Shown here piece after piece: positions 27,701-35,485 of a stretch of DNA of 64,000 nt. The position numbers and the translations under genes were made by a program. Below the pieces are notes generated by a model, which was not told the origin of the DNA, searched no databases, and saw only the letters and a program-made list of their open reading frames with translations. Location: the NCBI GenBank assembly GCA_964600615.1, contig CAZRJK010000005.1, positions 7,398-71,397 of the forward strand. The letters are read 5' to 3'. Positions within the stretch are counted from its first letter, which is position 1; every line of letters begins with the position of its first letter. This DNA comes from an uncultured Muribaculaceae bacterium. Lineage in GTDB: Bacteria; Bacillota_I; Bacilli_A; RF39; UBA660.

Positions 27701-27853
27701 TGTAACACTACTTTTAACACTGGTTGTTGTTATATCAGCTTCTCTTATTTTAATAACATCACCCACATTAATATCAGCAGTATTAGGAGCCGCTTCAACC
27801 ACTACAATACCAATAAAATATATAACAAAAAATAAAAATATATTTTTTTTCAT
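24788..27853 (-). CDS. Large secreted von Willebrand factor A (vWA) domain protein, candidate pilus-associated adhesin
   Basis: 1021 aa. Signal peptide 'IFLFFVIYFIGIVVVEA'. MIDAS 'VVILVDISGSM', a later 'VIFITDGYPT' and 'ITVGIDLG'. Long beta-rich C-terminal part with a Cys-rich end. No LPXTG and no TM anchor. Confidence 0.7.
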   Translation of the reverse strand: MKKNIFLFFVIYFIGIVVVEAAPNTADINVGDVIKIREADITTTSVKSSVTSKECVSESDTSENITGMSTSIYLSNTKIIPGCDESYSYNVVILVDISGSMKVGNRVGNTNRAIANILGELDSLDNGTGSVNLVKFGGMETGDKTNVFYDLADRSATGWLSIRNAYNRYKNTDNSNRFIKKESEGEKYGDYTDLQYPLYKAWSLLEAKNSGNQIPIVIFITDGYPTQGFLNANFSKMALKANYIRGGTNEFYGSGSSGPRRVFWVARTFNTLKSKLLTLNKQAKVITVGIDLGDTAVNPDGDQYAKFLLNPSAETYEGLNSNTPYHTGVKALRDYIDGKTIYTYEIKKNSYPDAGEFFGYPSGDYIYFDMTKTRLDQFIKSNGNGNGTLYYQHRFHLYVNEKHICRVWGTSTKGRNKNEPDCGLKYDSETGKYRIKRCYRIENGKCVNVPKTGDKMKNDFPGTSWFKIGENKIVDASIVNSSSTVADRIAGIVRDAIQCKQEPKTENGPVKTYTKTHNKSNGEGIQKFNSSVKVNINLKEIVPSLPDFLYYNIKNKKFSFDNGEITDLKFYKKENGKTISDLIAAGKGTDCVKIRASLSTIPLLITEKSTLTVKKPTEVPYIGSGFNTSATIVNDFTVRYASLIKGGAGVTVSLVGGKYYLVKGNKDDYDVVSNITFDNGKNAKNSGPIEFSIVDNVKLGDIYTDDKCSNPISANTSFGQKIMNKLDDLSDTRGLGKGRKLDKNIRIFQSVDSNNYLDSNNTVKTSIVKTTTTLDKYDNSNSTDGNVNFHRKYFFNVNLNTSCIARKYLNEQGTKYNNGSIKYLDTIANDCGQNYILGVNELKQTLYYIPIDYPSNLKTVDFKTIGVNGVNLSNHEGIVINHKLSCSTTVKGKELKYNYRSINVNNPFPKKVPSNWSKWYKENPNRLGNTFSNIDKPLYSIHINKYDNNDASKNSLSDVRKFNDTSYTNWDHMLSNGKSNVVCPEVNTGSGLIFGERVCNSGISYCNLGEFSKGCDNDPNK

Positions 27854-27875
27854 GACCTAACCTCATTTCACAAAA

Positions 27876-28499
27876 CTAATCCAAACGATTGTCTTTTATT
27901 TTTTTCTTTATAAATAAAATCAACAAGACAATTATTAAAATAGCAATTGGAATAAAATAATAATAATAACCAGTTACAAAATTTAAAAGATTATCAAATA
28001 TTCCTCCATTACTAGCTGCATTATACTCAGCTACCAAATTATCAAATTGCTTGTCTGTAAATTCCTCTTCAGTCCACTCGTCACAAATTTCCAAATCACT
28101 ATGTTGTTCACAAAAAGGAGACTGACTATACTCATTAAACTTAGGTAAATTTATAGTTATATAATCAACCACTACATCACATTTTTTTGAATAAACCTTA
28201 AATCCTTTTTTTCCACTCTGTATAAAATTTTTTTGCGCATTAACCTCAAATAAAAAATTATTATCATTATCATCAATAAAAACATAAAAATCATTATCCA
28301 GAGCCTCAAAGTAAACTTCATAAGTTTGAAAATCACCATCAGTCACAGAATATCCAACATAATCATACTGATAAGTTATTCTTTTAGATAACTGTTTTAA
28401 ATAATCAATCTCATTACTATCACAATCTTCTGCTTTTACGTATAAATTAAAACTTAAAAACAAGAATAAGATTAAGCAAATATATTTAAATTGTCTCAT
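27876..28499 (-). CDS. Secreted protein with C-terminal TM anchor, first gene of the Tad-like operon (unknown function)
   Basis: About 207 aa. Signal peptide 'YICLILFLFLSFNLYVKA'. C-terminal TM 'YYYFIPIAILIIVLLILFI' plus 'KKKIKDNRLD'. ATG at 28499 follows the SD GGAGAGTAGGTGA. Confidence 0.5.
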   Translation of the reverse strand: MRQFKYICLILFLFLSFNLYVKAEDCDSNEIDYLKQLSKRITYQYDYVGYSVTDGDFQTYEVYFEALDNDFYVFIDDNDNNFLFEVNAQKNFIQSGKKGFKVYSKKCDVVVDYITINLPKFNEYSQSPFCEQHSDLEICDEWTEEEFTDKQFDNLVAEYNAASNGGIFDNLLNFVTGYYYYFIPIAILIIVLLILFIKKKIKDNRLD

Positions 28500-28529
28500 A
28501 TACAATATTCACCTACTCTCCTATTAAAA

Positions 28530-28558
28530 ATAATAACATTTTTTTTATAAAAAATAAA
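28530..28558 (-). promoter_or_regulatory. Candidate promoter of the Tad-like operon
   Basis: Minus strand has an extended -10 TGtTATTAT (28530-28538) with a weak -35 TTTATT 17 nt upstream. Confidence 0.35.
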
Positions 28559-28565
28559 GTTTTTT

Positions 28566-28594
28566 TTGTATTTTTTTAAAAAAAGTGTTATTAT
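28566..28594 (+). promoter_or_regulatory. SigA-type promoter of the thioredoxin-like gene
   Basis: TTGTAT (28566-28571), a 17-nt spacer, then TGtTATTAT (-10 at 28589-28594). Lies about 20 nt upstream of the SD AAGGAG. Confidence 0.55.
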
Positions 28595-28620
28595 ATATAT
28601 TACATATAAAGGAGATTTTT

Positions 28621-29067
28621 ATGAAAGAAAAAAATAATAGATTATTTGTTACACTAATAATAATATTTATAATAATAGTATCATCACTATTAATTATTAA
28701 TATTTTAAATCCAAAGAAAGGACAACTAGTAGCAATAAACTACAAAGAATATAAAAATAAAATTAATAAAAAAGATTCATTTATCTTAGTAGTAAGTGCT
28801 AGTACATGTTCACATTGTGCTGAATATAAACCAAAATTAATTAAAATTGCCAGCAAAAACAATATAAATATTTACTACATAGATTATGACTTAGAATCTT
28901 CTAAAGATCAAAAAGAATTTTTAGATAATAATAAATTAAATGGATCAACACCTATAACTCTATTTATAAAGAACGGAAAACAAACTAGTTTATTTGATAG
29001 AATTGAAGGAGATGTTTCTCAAGAGAAAGCAATAGAAAAATTTAAAAAAATGGGATTTATTAAGTAA
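28621..29067 (+). CDS. Membrane-anchored thioredoxin-fold thiol-disulfide oxidoreductase
   Basis: About 148 aa from ATG 28621 (SD AAGGAG). TM 'LFVTLIIIFIIIVSSLLIINIL' then 'FILVVSASTCSHCAEYKP' (CxxC). Confidence 0.75.
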   Translation: MKEKNNRLFVTLIIIFIIIVSSLLIINILNPKKGQLVAINYKEYKNKINKKDSFILVVSASTCSHCAEYKPKLIKIASKNNINIYYIDYDLESSKDQKEFLDNNKLNGSTPITLFIKNGKQTSLFDRIEGDVSQEKAIEKFKKMGFIK

Positions 29068-29129
29068 TAAATCCTATTTTTATTGATTTTTTTAGACTTT
29101 TATTATATAATTATAAGCGTATTTAAAAA

Positions 29130-29206
29130 GCGCCCATAGCTCAACTGGATAGAGCGTTTGGCTACGGACCAAAAGGTTTGGGGTTCGAATCCCTATGGGC
29201 GCACCA
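29130..29206 (+). tRNA. tRNA-Arg (anticodon ACG)
   Basis: I folded the cloverleaf by hand. Acceptor GCGCCCA/TGGGCGC, D-arm GCTC/GAGC, anticodon stem TTTGG/CCAAA with loop CTACGGA, T-arm TGGGG-TTCGAAT-CCCTA, and an encoded CCA. Confidence 0.9.
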
Positions 29207-29216
29207 TAAAATAAAT

Positions 29217-29241
29217 AAAACGACCATAAAAGTCGTTTTTT
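29217..29241 (+). terminator. Rho-independent terminator after tRNA-Arg
   Basis: aaaacgac (29217-29224) / gtcgtttt (29232-29239) followed by a T-run. Confidence 0.75.
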
Positions 29242-29304
29242 ATTATTACATATATTTAATAAACACTAATATTTTTTTATGATATAATTAAAATGAGGTG
29301 CAAT

Positions 29305-29931
29305 ATGAATTATAAAAAATATTTAACTAATGAACTAAAACTTGATAAACAACAATTAATAGGTATTACTTGCCTAATAATAGTAATATCTGGAATATTT
29401 GGCTGGATATATGAATTTATCTTTTATTACTTTAATGGAGGATGTAAAACATTTTATATGCAAGGAGGAAACTTCTTACCTTGGATAAATATTTATGCAA
29501 TAGGAAGTATAATGATTATCTTACTAACAAAAAAAGTAAGAAAATATCCTATCATAGTATTCTTAATTGGCATAATATCCACAGGAATATTAGAATACTT
29601 TTCTGGATTAGCTATATTTAAATTATACAATTTAAGATTATGGGACTATAATAAAGAAATATTAAACTTTGGTAACATTGATGGCTTTGTATGCTTAAGA
29701 AGTATAATGTTCTTTGGAATGTCCTCTCTATTACTAATTTATATAATATTACCATTTTGTATATATTTATCTAAAAAAATTAATAAAAAAACTTTCTTAA
29801 TTATAAGTATAAGCTTATGTAGCATAATATTATTTGATGAATTATATAATCTAATATTTGCCAGATTATTAAATCTCCCTCGAGCATCAGATGTATATAA
29901 AGGATTAGGCTTTAAATATGTAAAATTTTAA
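29305..29931 (+). CDS. Polytopic membrane protein (resembles the DUF1113 / 'ABC-transporter type IV' family)
   Basis: About 208 aa. 'GWIYEFIFYYF', 'GILEYFSGL', 'LWDY' motifs. About 6 TM. ATG at 29305 follows the SD GAGGTG. Confidence 0.45.
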   Translation: MNYKKYLTNELKLDKQQLIGITCLIIVISGIFGWIYEFIFYYFNGGCKTFYMQGGNFLPWINIYAIGSIMIILLTKKVRKYPIIVFLIGIISTGILEYFSGLAIFKLYNLRLWDYNKEILNFGNIDGFVCLRSIMFFGMSSLLLIYIILPFCIYLSKKINKKTFLIISISLCSIILFDELYNLIFARLLNLPRASDVYKGLGFKYVKF

Positions 29932-29932
29932 T

Positions 29933-29964
29933 AAAAAAAACTCTTGATTATCAAGAGTTTTTTA
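29933..29964. terminator. Bidirectional terminator between convergent genes
   Basis: aactcttga (29939-29947) / tcaagagtt (29951-29959), with A8 upstream and T7 downstream. Confidence 0.75.
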
Positions 29965-31413
29965 TTATATAAATGATACTATCATTAACACCACAAATAT
30001 CAAAATTAATAGGCCTAATATAAATCTCCATATATACTTTAACCATTTAGAATAAGGAACTTCTAAATAAGTAAGACCTATAATTAACATAATACTAGTA
30101 GGGCCACATATCTGTACTAGACCATAAAAACTTTGGAATATTGTTGCATAAACATTTAAATTAGCCTTATCTGTTAAACTTGAAGTAATATTAGAAAAAA
30201 TACCAGCTACTACATAGAAAACATCAACATTAAGAATTGCACCCAACACTGACAATAAAGAAGCAACAATAACATTATCACCAAAACTCTCACCAGCATT
30301 TGTAATAAGAGTTTCAACAAACCCATTATTATAAGCTGCTACTAAAACAGTATATGCTAAAGCAACAATCATTACAGCAGGTACCATTTTTCTAATACCA
30401 TAAACAAATCCATTAATAAGATCTTTAAACTTAACTTTTGAAATAAGTTTCATAATTAGTAAGAATAGAGAAATACATATACTAGCCATTAAATAGCTAC
30501 CCATCTCTCCCCATCTACCAAAAGCTGTAATATTTTTAGAAATCAAACTAGTAAACACAGCATATTTACCAATTTTTAATCCAGTCAACCAAGTATGGAA
30601 CTTATCAAAACAAGTAAATCCAAACAAATCATTCCATGGCATATAACCTAAAACTAATACAACAAACAATAAAGATGCAAATACAATTAAAGGCCATACT
30701 TTAACAGAAGAAACATCTTCTTTAGTCTTTGTCTTAGGTTGAACATTAAATACATCATCAGTACTTAATAATACTTTTTCATTCTCATTTTCAACATTTT
30801 TAATATGTTTAATAATAAAGAATATCAATAAAGCAGTTCCCAAAACTAATAATATAACTTTAGGAATAACATTTTTCCAAATACCATCTAATCCAGCTAC
30901 CTTATCAAATACTGTAAAAGTTGTTCCATATTGACTTGAACCATCTCTAAAACTAAAGAACAATCCACCAATAATACCAACAAAAGTAGCAACTACAGTT
31001 GATGATAAAGCAACAAATTTATCATAACCCAATAATAAAATAACTGAAATTACAAAAGGTATAAAAATAAGCGCCAACAAATTAAATCCACCAATAGATG
31101 TAAGTAATACAAAAACAATAGTAGAAATAATTATAAATAATTTTTTCCTTTCTTTAACTTTTTCTGCAGTAACAGTTAATAATTTCTTATATGCTGGAAT
31201 CTTATTCAAAGCTCCATACATACCACCTACTACAAAAATAAATAATATTGTTTCAAAGAAATAATAATATGATTGAAAATAATCAATTAATAAATCTCCT
31301 ATAGCAACATAGCTAATACCACTTCTTCCTTCAATAAAGTAGCTAGCAATTACAATCAATAATAAGATAATTAAAATTGATGCAACAAAACCAAATTTCT
31401 TTACTTTCTTCAT
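29965..31413 (-). CDS. Polytopic transporter-like membrane protein (YfcC / DcuC-like anion permease superfamily candidate)
   Basis: 482 aa, about 12 TM, N-terminus 'KKFGFVASILIILLLIV'. The family assignment is by overall resemblance only. Confidence 0.4.
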   Translation of the reverse strand: MKKVKKFGFVASILIILLLIVIASYFIEGRSGISYVAIGDLLIDYFQSYYYFFETILFIFVVGGMYGALNKIPAYKKLLTVTAEKVKERKKLFIIISTIVFVLLTSIGGFNLLALIFIPFVISVILLLGYDKFVALSSTVVATFVGIIGGLFFSFRDGSSQYGTTFTVFDKVAGLDGIWKNVIPKVILLVLGTALLIFFIIKHIKNVENENEKVLLSTDDVFNVQPKTKTKEDVSSVKVWPLIVFASLLFVVLVLGYMPWNDLFGFTCFDKFHTWLTGLKIGKYAVFTSLISKNITAFGRWGEMGSYLMASICISLFLLIMKLISKVKFKDLINGFVYGIRKMVPAVMIVALAYTVLVAAYNNGFVETLITNAGESFGDNVIVASLLSVLGAILNVDVFYVVAGIFSNITSSLTDKANLNVYATIFQSFYGLVQICGPTSIMLIIGLTYLEVPYSKWLKYIWRFILGLLILIFVVLMIVSFI

Positions 31414-31528
31414 AATTTACCTCCAATTTCATTATAGCACAATCGTTATTTTTTACTACAATTTTACCCATTTGTTTACTAAAACAGCAAAAAAATTAAC
31501 CATTAATTAAATAATAGTTAATTTTTAT

Positions 31529-32272
31529 TTATACTGTATTACCATTTTTTATATCTGCTTTAGTTAGAGAAAAAATAACAGCAAAATAAGCATAAGGCAT
31601 TTTTTCCTCAAAACCAAATATTTTATCTGCATCTTGTGGCACTTTAGTTCTTTCTTCAGACATCGAATCAATTACTATATATTTATTATCATCTGTTTTA
31701 CCAGTTAAAACAATATAATGTCCTCCTTTAGTCCAATAACCTTTTTTACCACTATCTCTACCATATTCATTCTGTACATGCACAATGACTTTTTTCCCAT
31801 CATCCAAAGCTTTATCAATTTCGGGTTTATATGCACCAAGACAATCATTTTCATAACCACCAATTATTTCAGGTTCATCTAACCCATAAATTTTTGCTAA
31901 ATCATTAAAAGCATTACGTGTCTTTGATGTATCAACACCATTTTCATAAGCTTTAGTAGCTATTGCCTCTGGAGATTGATATTCATTAGACAAAAAACTA
32001 TTAAATAGAGTTGCAAAAGCAAAAATACCACAACCACTTTTTTTTAAATTATCATCACTATATGGAATTTTTTCATATTTATTACACTGTTGATTATACC
32101 AATAACCATCATTATATTTTTTACATTCAACTTCTGAATCAATAGAAACAGTTTCCGTATCACAATTACTTCCTAATTTTTTAATTTTAAATTTTTCAGC
32201 ATTACTAACATCAATTGTTAAATCAATCATATCATTAGTAGATACTGATTTAATACTAGAATCATTTCCCAT
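31529..32272 (-). CDS. Papain-fold cysteine peptidase, C39-like domain protein
   Basis: 247 aa. Candidate nucleophile 'KKSGCGIFAFATLFNSF' and His 'KGGHYIVLTGK'. I recognised no signal peptide. Confidence 0.45.
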   Translation of the reverse strand: MGNDSSIKSVSTNDMIDLTIDVSNAEKFKIKKLGSNCDTETVSIDSEVECKKYNDGYWYNQQCNKYEKIPYSDDNLKKSGCGIFAFATLFNSFLSNEYQSPEAIATKAYENGVDTSKTRNAFNDLAKIYGLDEPEIIGGYENDCLGAYKPEIDKALDDGKKVIVHVQNEYGRDSGKKGYWTKGGHYIVLTGKTDDNKYIVIDSMSEERTKVPQDADKIFGFEEKMPYAYFAVIFSLTKADIKNGNTV

Positions 32273-32281
32273 ATAACACCA

Positions 32282-33775
32282 CTACTTATCTTTAGGTTTC
32301 ATTGTTGGAAACAAAATTACTTCTTGAATAGAATCTTGCTCAGTAAGTAACATTACCAACCTATCAATTCCATACCCTATACCACCAGCAGGAGGCATAC
32401 CATATTCCAAAGCCTCAACAAAATCATAATCTATATCATTAGCTTCCTCATTACCAAGCTCTCTTTCCTTAATTTGAGCTTCAAATCTCTCTAACTGATC
32501 AATAGGATCATTCAATTCCGTATAAGCATTAGCAAACTCTTTACCACCAATAAATAATTCAAATCTATCAACAAATCTAGGATCATCTGGATTTTTCTTT
32601 GTAAGAGGACTTAATTCAATAGGATGTCCATATAAAAACGTTGGTTGAATCAAATCTTCTTCAACATATTTTTCAAAGAATTTATTAATAATATGTCCAT
32701 AAGATTTCTCGTGTTCCTCTAATTCTATATCATGTTCCTTAGCCAATTTTAAACATTCATCTAAATCTTTAATCTTTTTAAAATCTATTTTAGTTTTTTC
32801 TTTTATAGCATCAGTCATACTTACCTTCTTAAAAGGCTTAGACAAATCTATTTCATTACCATACCAAGTAAATACATTCTTACCAACAGCTTTATCAGCA
32901 ACAAATTTAAACATTCTCTCAGTTTGATCCATCATACCATCTAAATCAGAATAAGCTTTATAAGCCTCCATTAAAGTGAACTCTGGATTATGCTTAGGAT
33001 CCATTCCTTCATTTCTAAAAGTTCTACCTATTTCATAAACAGATTCCATACCACCAACTAAAAGCCTTTTTAAAGGAAGTTCCAAAGCTATTCTCAAATA
33101 CATATCAATATCTAAAGTATTATGATGAGTAACAAAAGGTCTAGCGGCAGCACCTGTAAGTAAATTAGTAAGAATAGGAGTCTCTACTTCTACATACCCT
33201 TCATTATCCATAAACTCCTGAATAGCTCTAATAATCTTAGGTCTAACAAAAGCTACTCTCTTAGCTTCTTCATTACAAATTAAATCTAAATACCTTTTTC
33301 TTAACCTATCTTCTATATTAGTAAGACCATGAAATTTTTCAGGTAAAACTCTCAAAGATTTAACTAAATGCGTATATTCTAAACACTTAACAGTCATTTC
33401 TCCAGTTCTAGTCTTCATAACCTTACCAGTTACACCAACTATATCTCCAATATCAGCACTCTTAAATAAATTATATACCTCTTCACCAACATCATTAATA
33501 GATATATATACTTGCATTTTCCCCGCTTTATCTTGAATACTAAAGAAAGAAGCCTTTCCCATTTTTCTTATAAACATAATTCTACCAGCAATAGTAACAC
33601 GAGTATCCATTTCTTCCAATTTATCATGTTCAATATCCCCATACTCTTCCCTAATTTCTGAAGATAAATGTGTTCTATTAAATACATGTCCAAAAGGATC
33701 TATCCCCATATTTCTAATTTTTTCAGCTTTCTCTCTTCTAACAATCTCCTGATCAGTTCTATTAATTTCTTCCAT
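32282..33775 (-). CDS. lysS: Lysine--tRNA ligase (class II)
   Basis: About 497 aa. 'GRIMFIRKMGKASF' OB-fold, motif 2 'FRNEGMD', motif 3 'GGIGYGIDRLVMLL'. ATG at 33775 follows the SD AGGAAGGTGA. Confidence 0.95.
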   Translation of the reverse strand: MEEINRTDQEIVRREKAEKIRNMGIDPFGHVFNRTHLSSEIREEYGDIEHDKLEEMDTRVTIAGRIMFIRKMGKASFFSIQDKAGKMQVYISINDVGEEVYNLFKSADIGDIVGVTGKVMKTRTGEMTVKCLEYTHLVKSLRVLPEKFHGLTNIEDRLRKRYLDLICNEEAKRVAFVRPKIIRAIQEFMDNEGYVEVETPILTNLLTGAAARPFVTHHNTLDIDMYLRIALELPLKRLLVGGMESVYEIGRTFRNEGMDPKHNPEFTLMEAYKAYSDLDGMMDQTERMFKFVADKAVGKNVFTWYGNEIDLSKPFKKVSMTDAIKEKTKIDFKKIKDLDECLKLAKEHDIELEEHEKSYGHIINKFFEKYVEEDLIQPTFLYGHPIELSPLTKKNPDDPRFVDRFELFIGGKEFANAYTELNDPIDQLERFEAQIKERELGNEEANDIDYDFVEALEYGMPPAGGIGYGIDRLVMLLTEQDSIQEVILFPTMKPKDK

Positions 33776-33788
33776 TCCTTTCACCTTC

Positions 33789-34379
33789 CTACTTACAATC
33801 TATAACAACACTATTACTCATAATATCATTAAGAGATAAATTATCTTCTCTTTTATTAATCATTATTACAGATGCTAACATATAAATTAATCTAATAATA
33901 TTAATTAATCCACATAGAACCATATACATAACTCCCCTTGTTAAATATAACATGATAACAAGAAACAACGCAGGTATTATATCATCTATAATACTAGTTC
34001 TAATAATTAATTTAAACAAACTAATTCTTTTATTATCATTATTAATAATCCTAATCCCCATAAGTTTCTTACCAATACTAGCACCATCATTTAAATATTG
34101 AAACATTATAAAATATCCTATACATATAATAGCATACAAAGTATTATAAGTTACATTAACCATTCCCATATCATAATTAATATTAGAAACTAACTTTATA
34201 TATTCACTATCAGATATCTCCCTATTAACATAACTATTATTAACAGAATATAATTCTTTATTTAAACTTTCTAACTTAGAAGTATTATTTCCCAAAGATA
34301 TAATAGATACGATTAAACCAACAATAAACATATCTATAACATAAGCCAGAAGTCTTTTCTTTAAACTAGCATGTTTCAT
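33789..34379 (-). CDS. RDD-family membrane protein
   Basis: 196 aa. 'KKRLLAYVIDMFIV', 3-4 TM. Confidence 0.6.
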   Translation of the reverse strand: MKHASLKKRLLAYVIDMFIVGLIVSIISLGNNTSKLESLNKELYSVNNSYVNREISDSEYIKLVSNINYDMGMVNVTYNTLYAIICIGYFIMFQYLNDGASIGKKLMGIRIINNDNKRISLFKLIIRTSIIDDIIPALFLVIMLYLTRGVMYMVLCGLINIIRLIYMLASVIMINKREDNLSLNDIMSNSVVIDCK

Positions 34380-34407
34380 AACATCACACTCACAAAATTA
34401 TTATACA

Positions 34408-35385
34408 CTAAGTACTTAATTTATTCAAATAGTTTTTAAGTATATTCCTAATCTCTTCTTCATTATTTGCCTTAAATATTTCCCTCTTAATATTAATACA
34501 ATCAGGCATACCTTTTATATACCAAGCTATATGACTTCTCATCTCTAAAATAGCAACCTTTTCCTTTTTTATCTCTAATAGATAACTCATATGATGAAAA
34601 CACATATCTATTCTTTCTAAATATGATACAGGAATAGGCTTAATTCCCTTGTCAAAATAGTTAACTAAATCTCTAATCAACCAAGGATTTCCCAAACATC
34701 CTCTACCTATCATAATAGCATCAACACCAGTATTAAACATTAATATTGCACTATATATATCAGTTATATCCCCATTACCAATAACAGGAATAGATACACT
34801 TTCTTTAACACTCCTAATTACATCATAATTAACCTTACCAGAATATCCTTGACTCCTAGTTCTACCATGAACAGCAATTGCACTAGCACCAGCCTCTTCA
34901 CATTTTTTAGCAATCTCCACTGCATTAATACTCTTATCATCCCAACCAATTCTCATCTTTACCGTAACAGGAATAGATGAACTAGATACTACAGACTTTA
35001 CTATTTCATATGCTTTAGAAGGATCCTTTAAAAGAGCAGAACCAGCCTTAGACTTAATAGCAACCTTAGGAACAGGACATCCCATATTAATATCAATAAT
35101 ATCGCATAATTTATTTTCACTAATATATTTAGCTGCTTTAGCCATCGTATCAGCATTAGAACCAAATATTTGTATCGCAATAGGTATATTTAACTTATCA
35201 TATCCTCTTAACATATCTAATGTTTTTTTATTACTTCTAATAATAGCCTCTGCACTAATTAATTCCGTAACAGCATAACCAACTCCCATTTCTTCACATA
35301 TTTTTATATAAGGATAATTAGAAACACCTGCCATAGGAGCTAACACTATATTATTCTTTATTTCAACATTACCTATCTTAAACAA
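34408..35385 (-). CDS. dusB: tRNA-dihydrouridine synthase
   Basis: 'LAPMAGVSN', 'DINMGCP', 'VHGRTR'. A TTG start at 35385 after the SD AGAGGTGA is likely; the track ORF extends to 35418. Lies upstream of lysS, as in Bacillus. Confidence 0.9.
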   Translation of the reverse strand: MFKIGNVEIKNNIVLAPMAGVSNYPYIKICEEMGVGYAVTELISAEAIIRSNKKTLDMLRGYDKLNIPIAIQIFGSNADTMAKAAKYISENKLCDIIDINMGCPVPKVAIKSKAGSALLKDPSKAYEIVKSVVSSSSIPVTVKMRIGWDDKSINAVEIAKKCEEAGASAIAVHGRTRSQGYSGKVNYDVIRSVKESVSIPVIGNGDITDIYSAILMFNTGVDAIMIGRGCLGNPWLIRDLVNYFDKGIKPIPVSYLERIDMCFHHMSYLLEIKKEKVAILEMRSHIAWYIKGMPDCINIKREIFKANNEEEIRNILKNYLNKLST

Positions 35386-35485
35386 AAGAATCACCTCTAA
35401 ACAAAAGTATTTTACCATATAATTAGCAAAACAAAAAGTATTTTATAATAATTAAAAATATATTATAATTAACTTAGGTGATATT

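Noticed and set aside
18118-29206. Tad-like locus as a tRNA-associated genomic island (tRNA-Arg at 29130-29206 lies about 600 bp from its 5' end).
   Set aside because: The locus lies on the 5' side of the tRNA rather than its 3' side, where integrative elements normally insert. I saw no integrase or recombinase, no direct repeat of the tRNA 3' end near 18.1 kb, and no visible compositional shift.
31529-32272. C39-like peptidase next to lysS as part of a bacteriocin export or processing system.
   Set aside because: No ABC exporter fusion, no double-glycine precursor peptide ORF and no immunity gene lie nearby. The domain appears as a stand-alone soluble protein, so I recorded it only as a feature with modest confidence.
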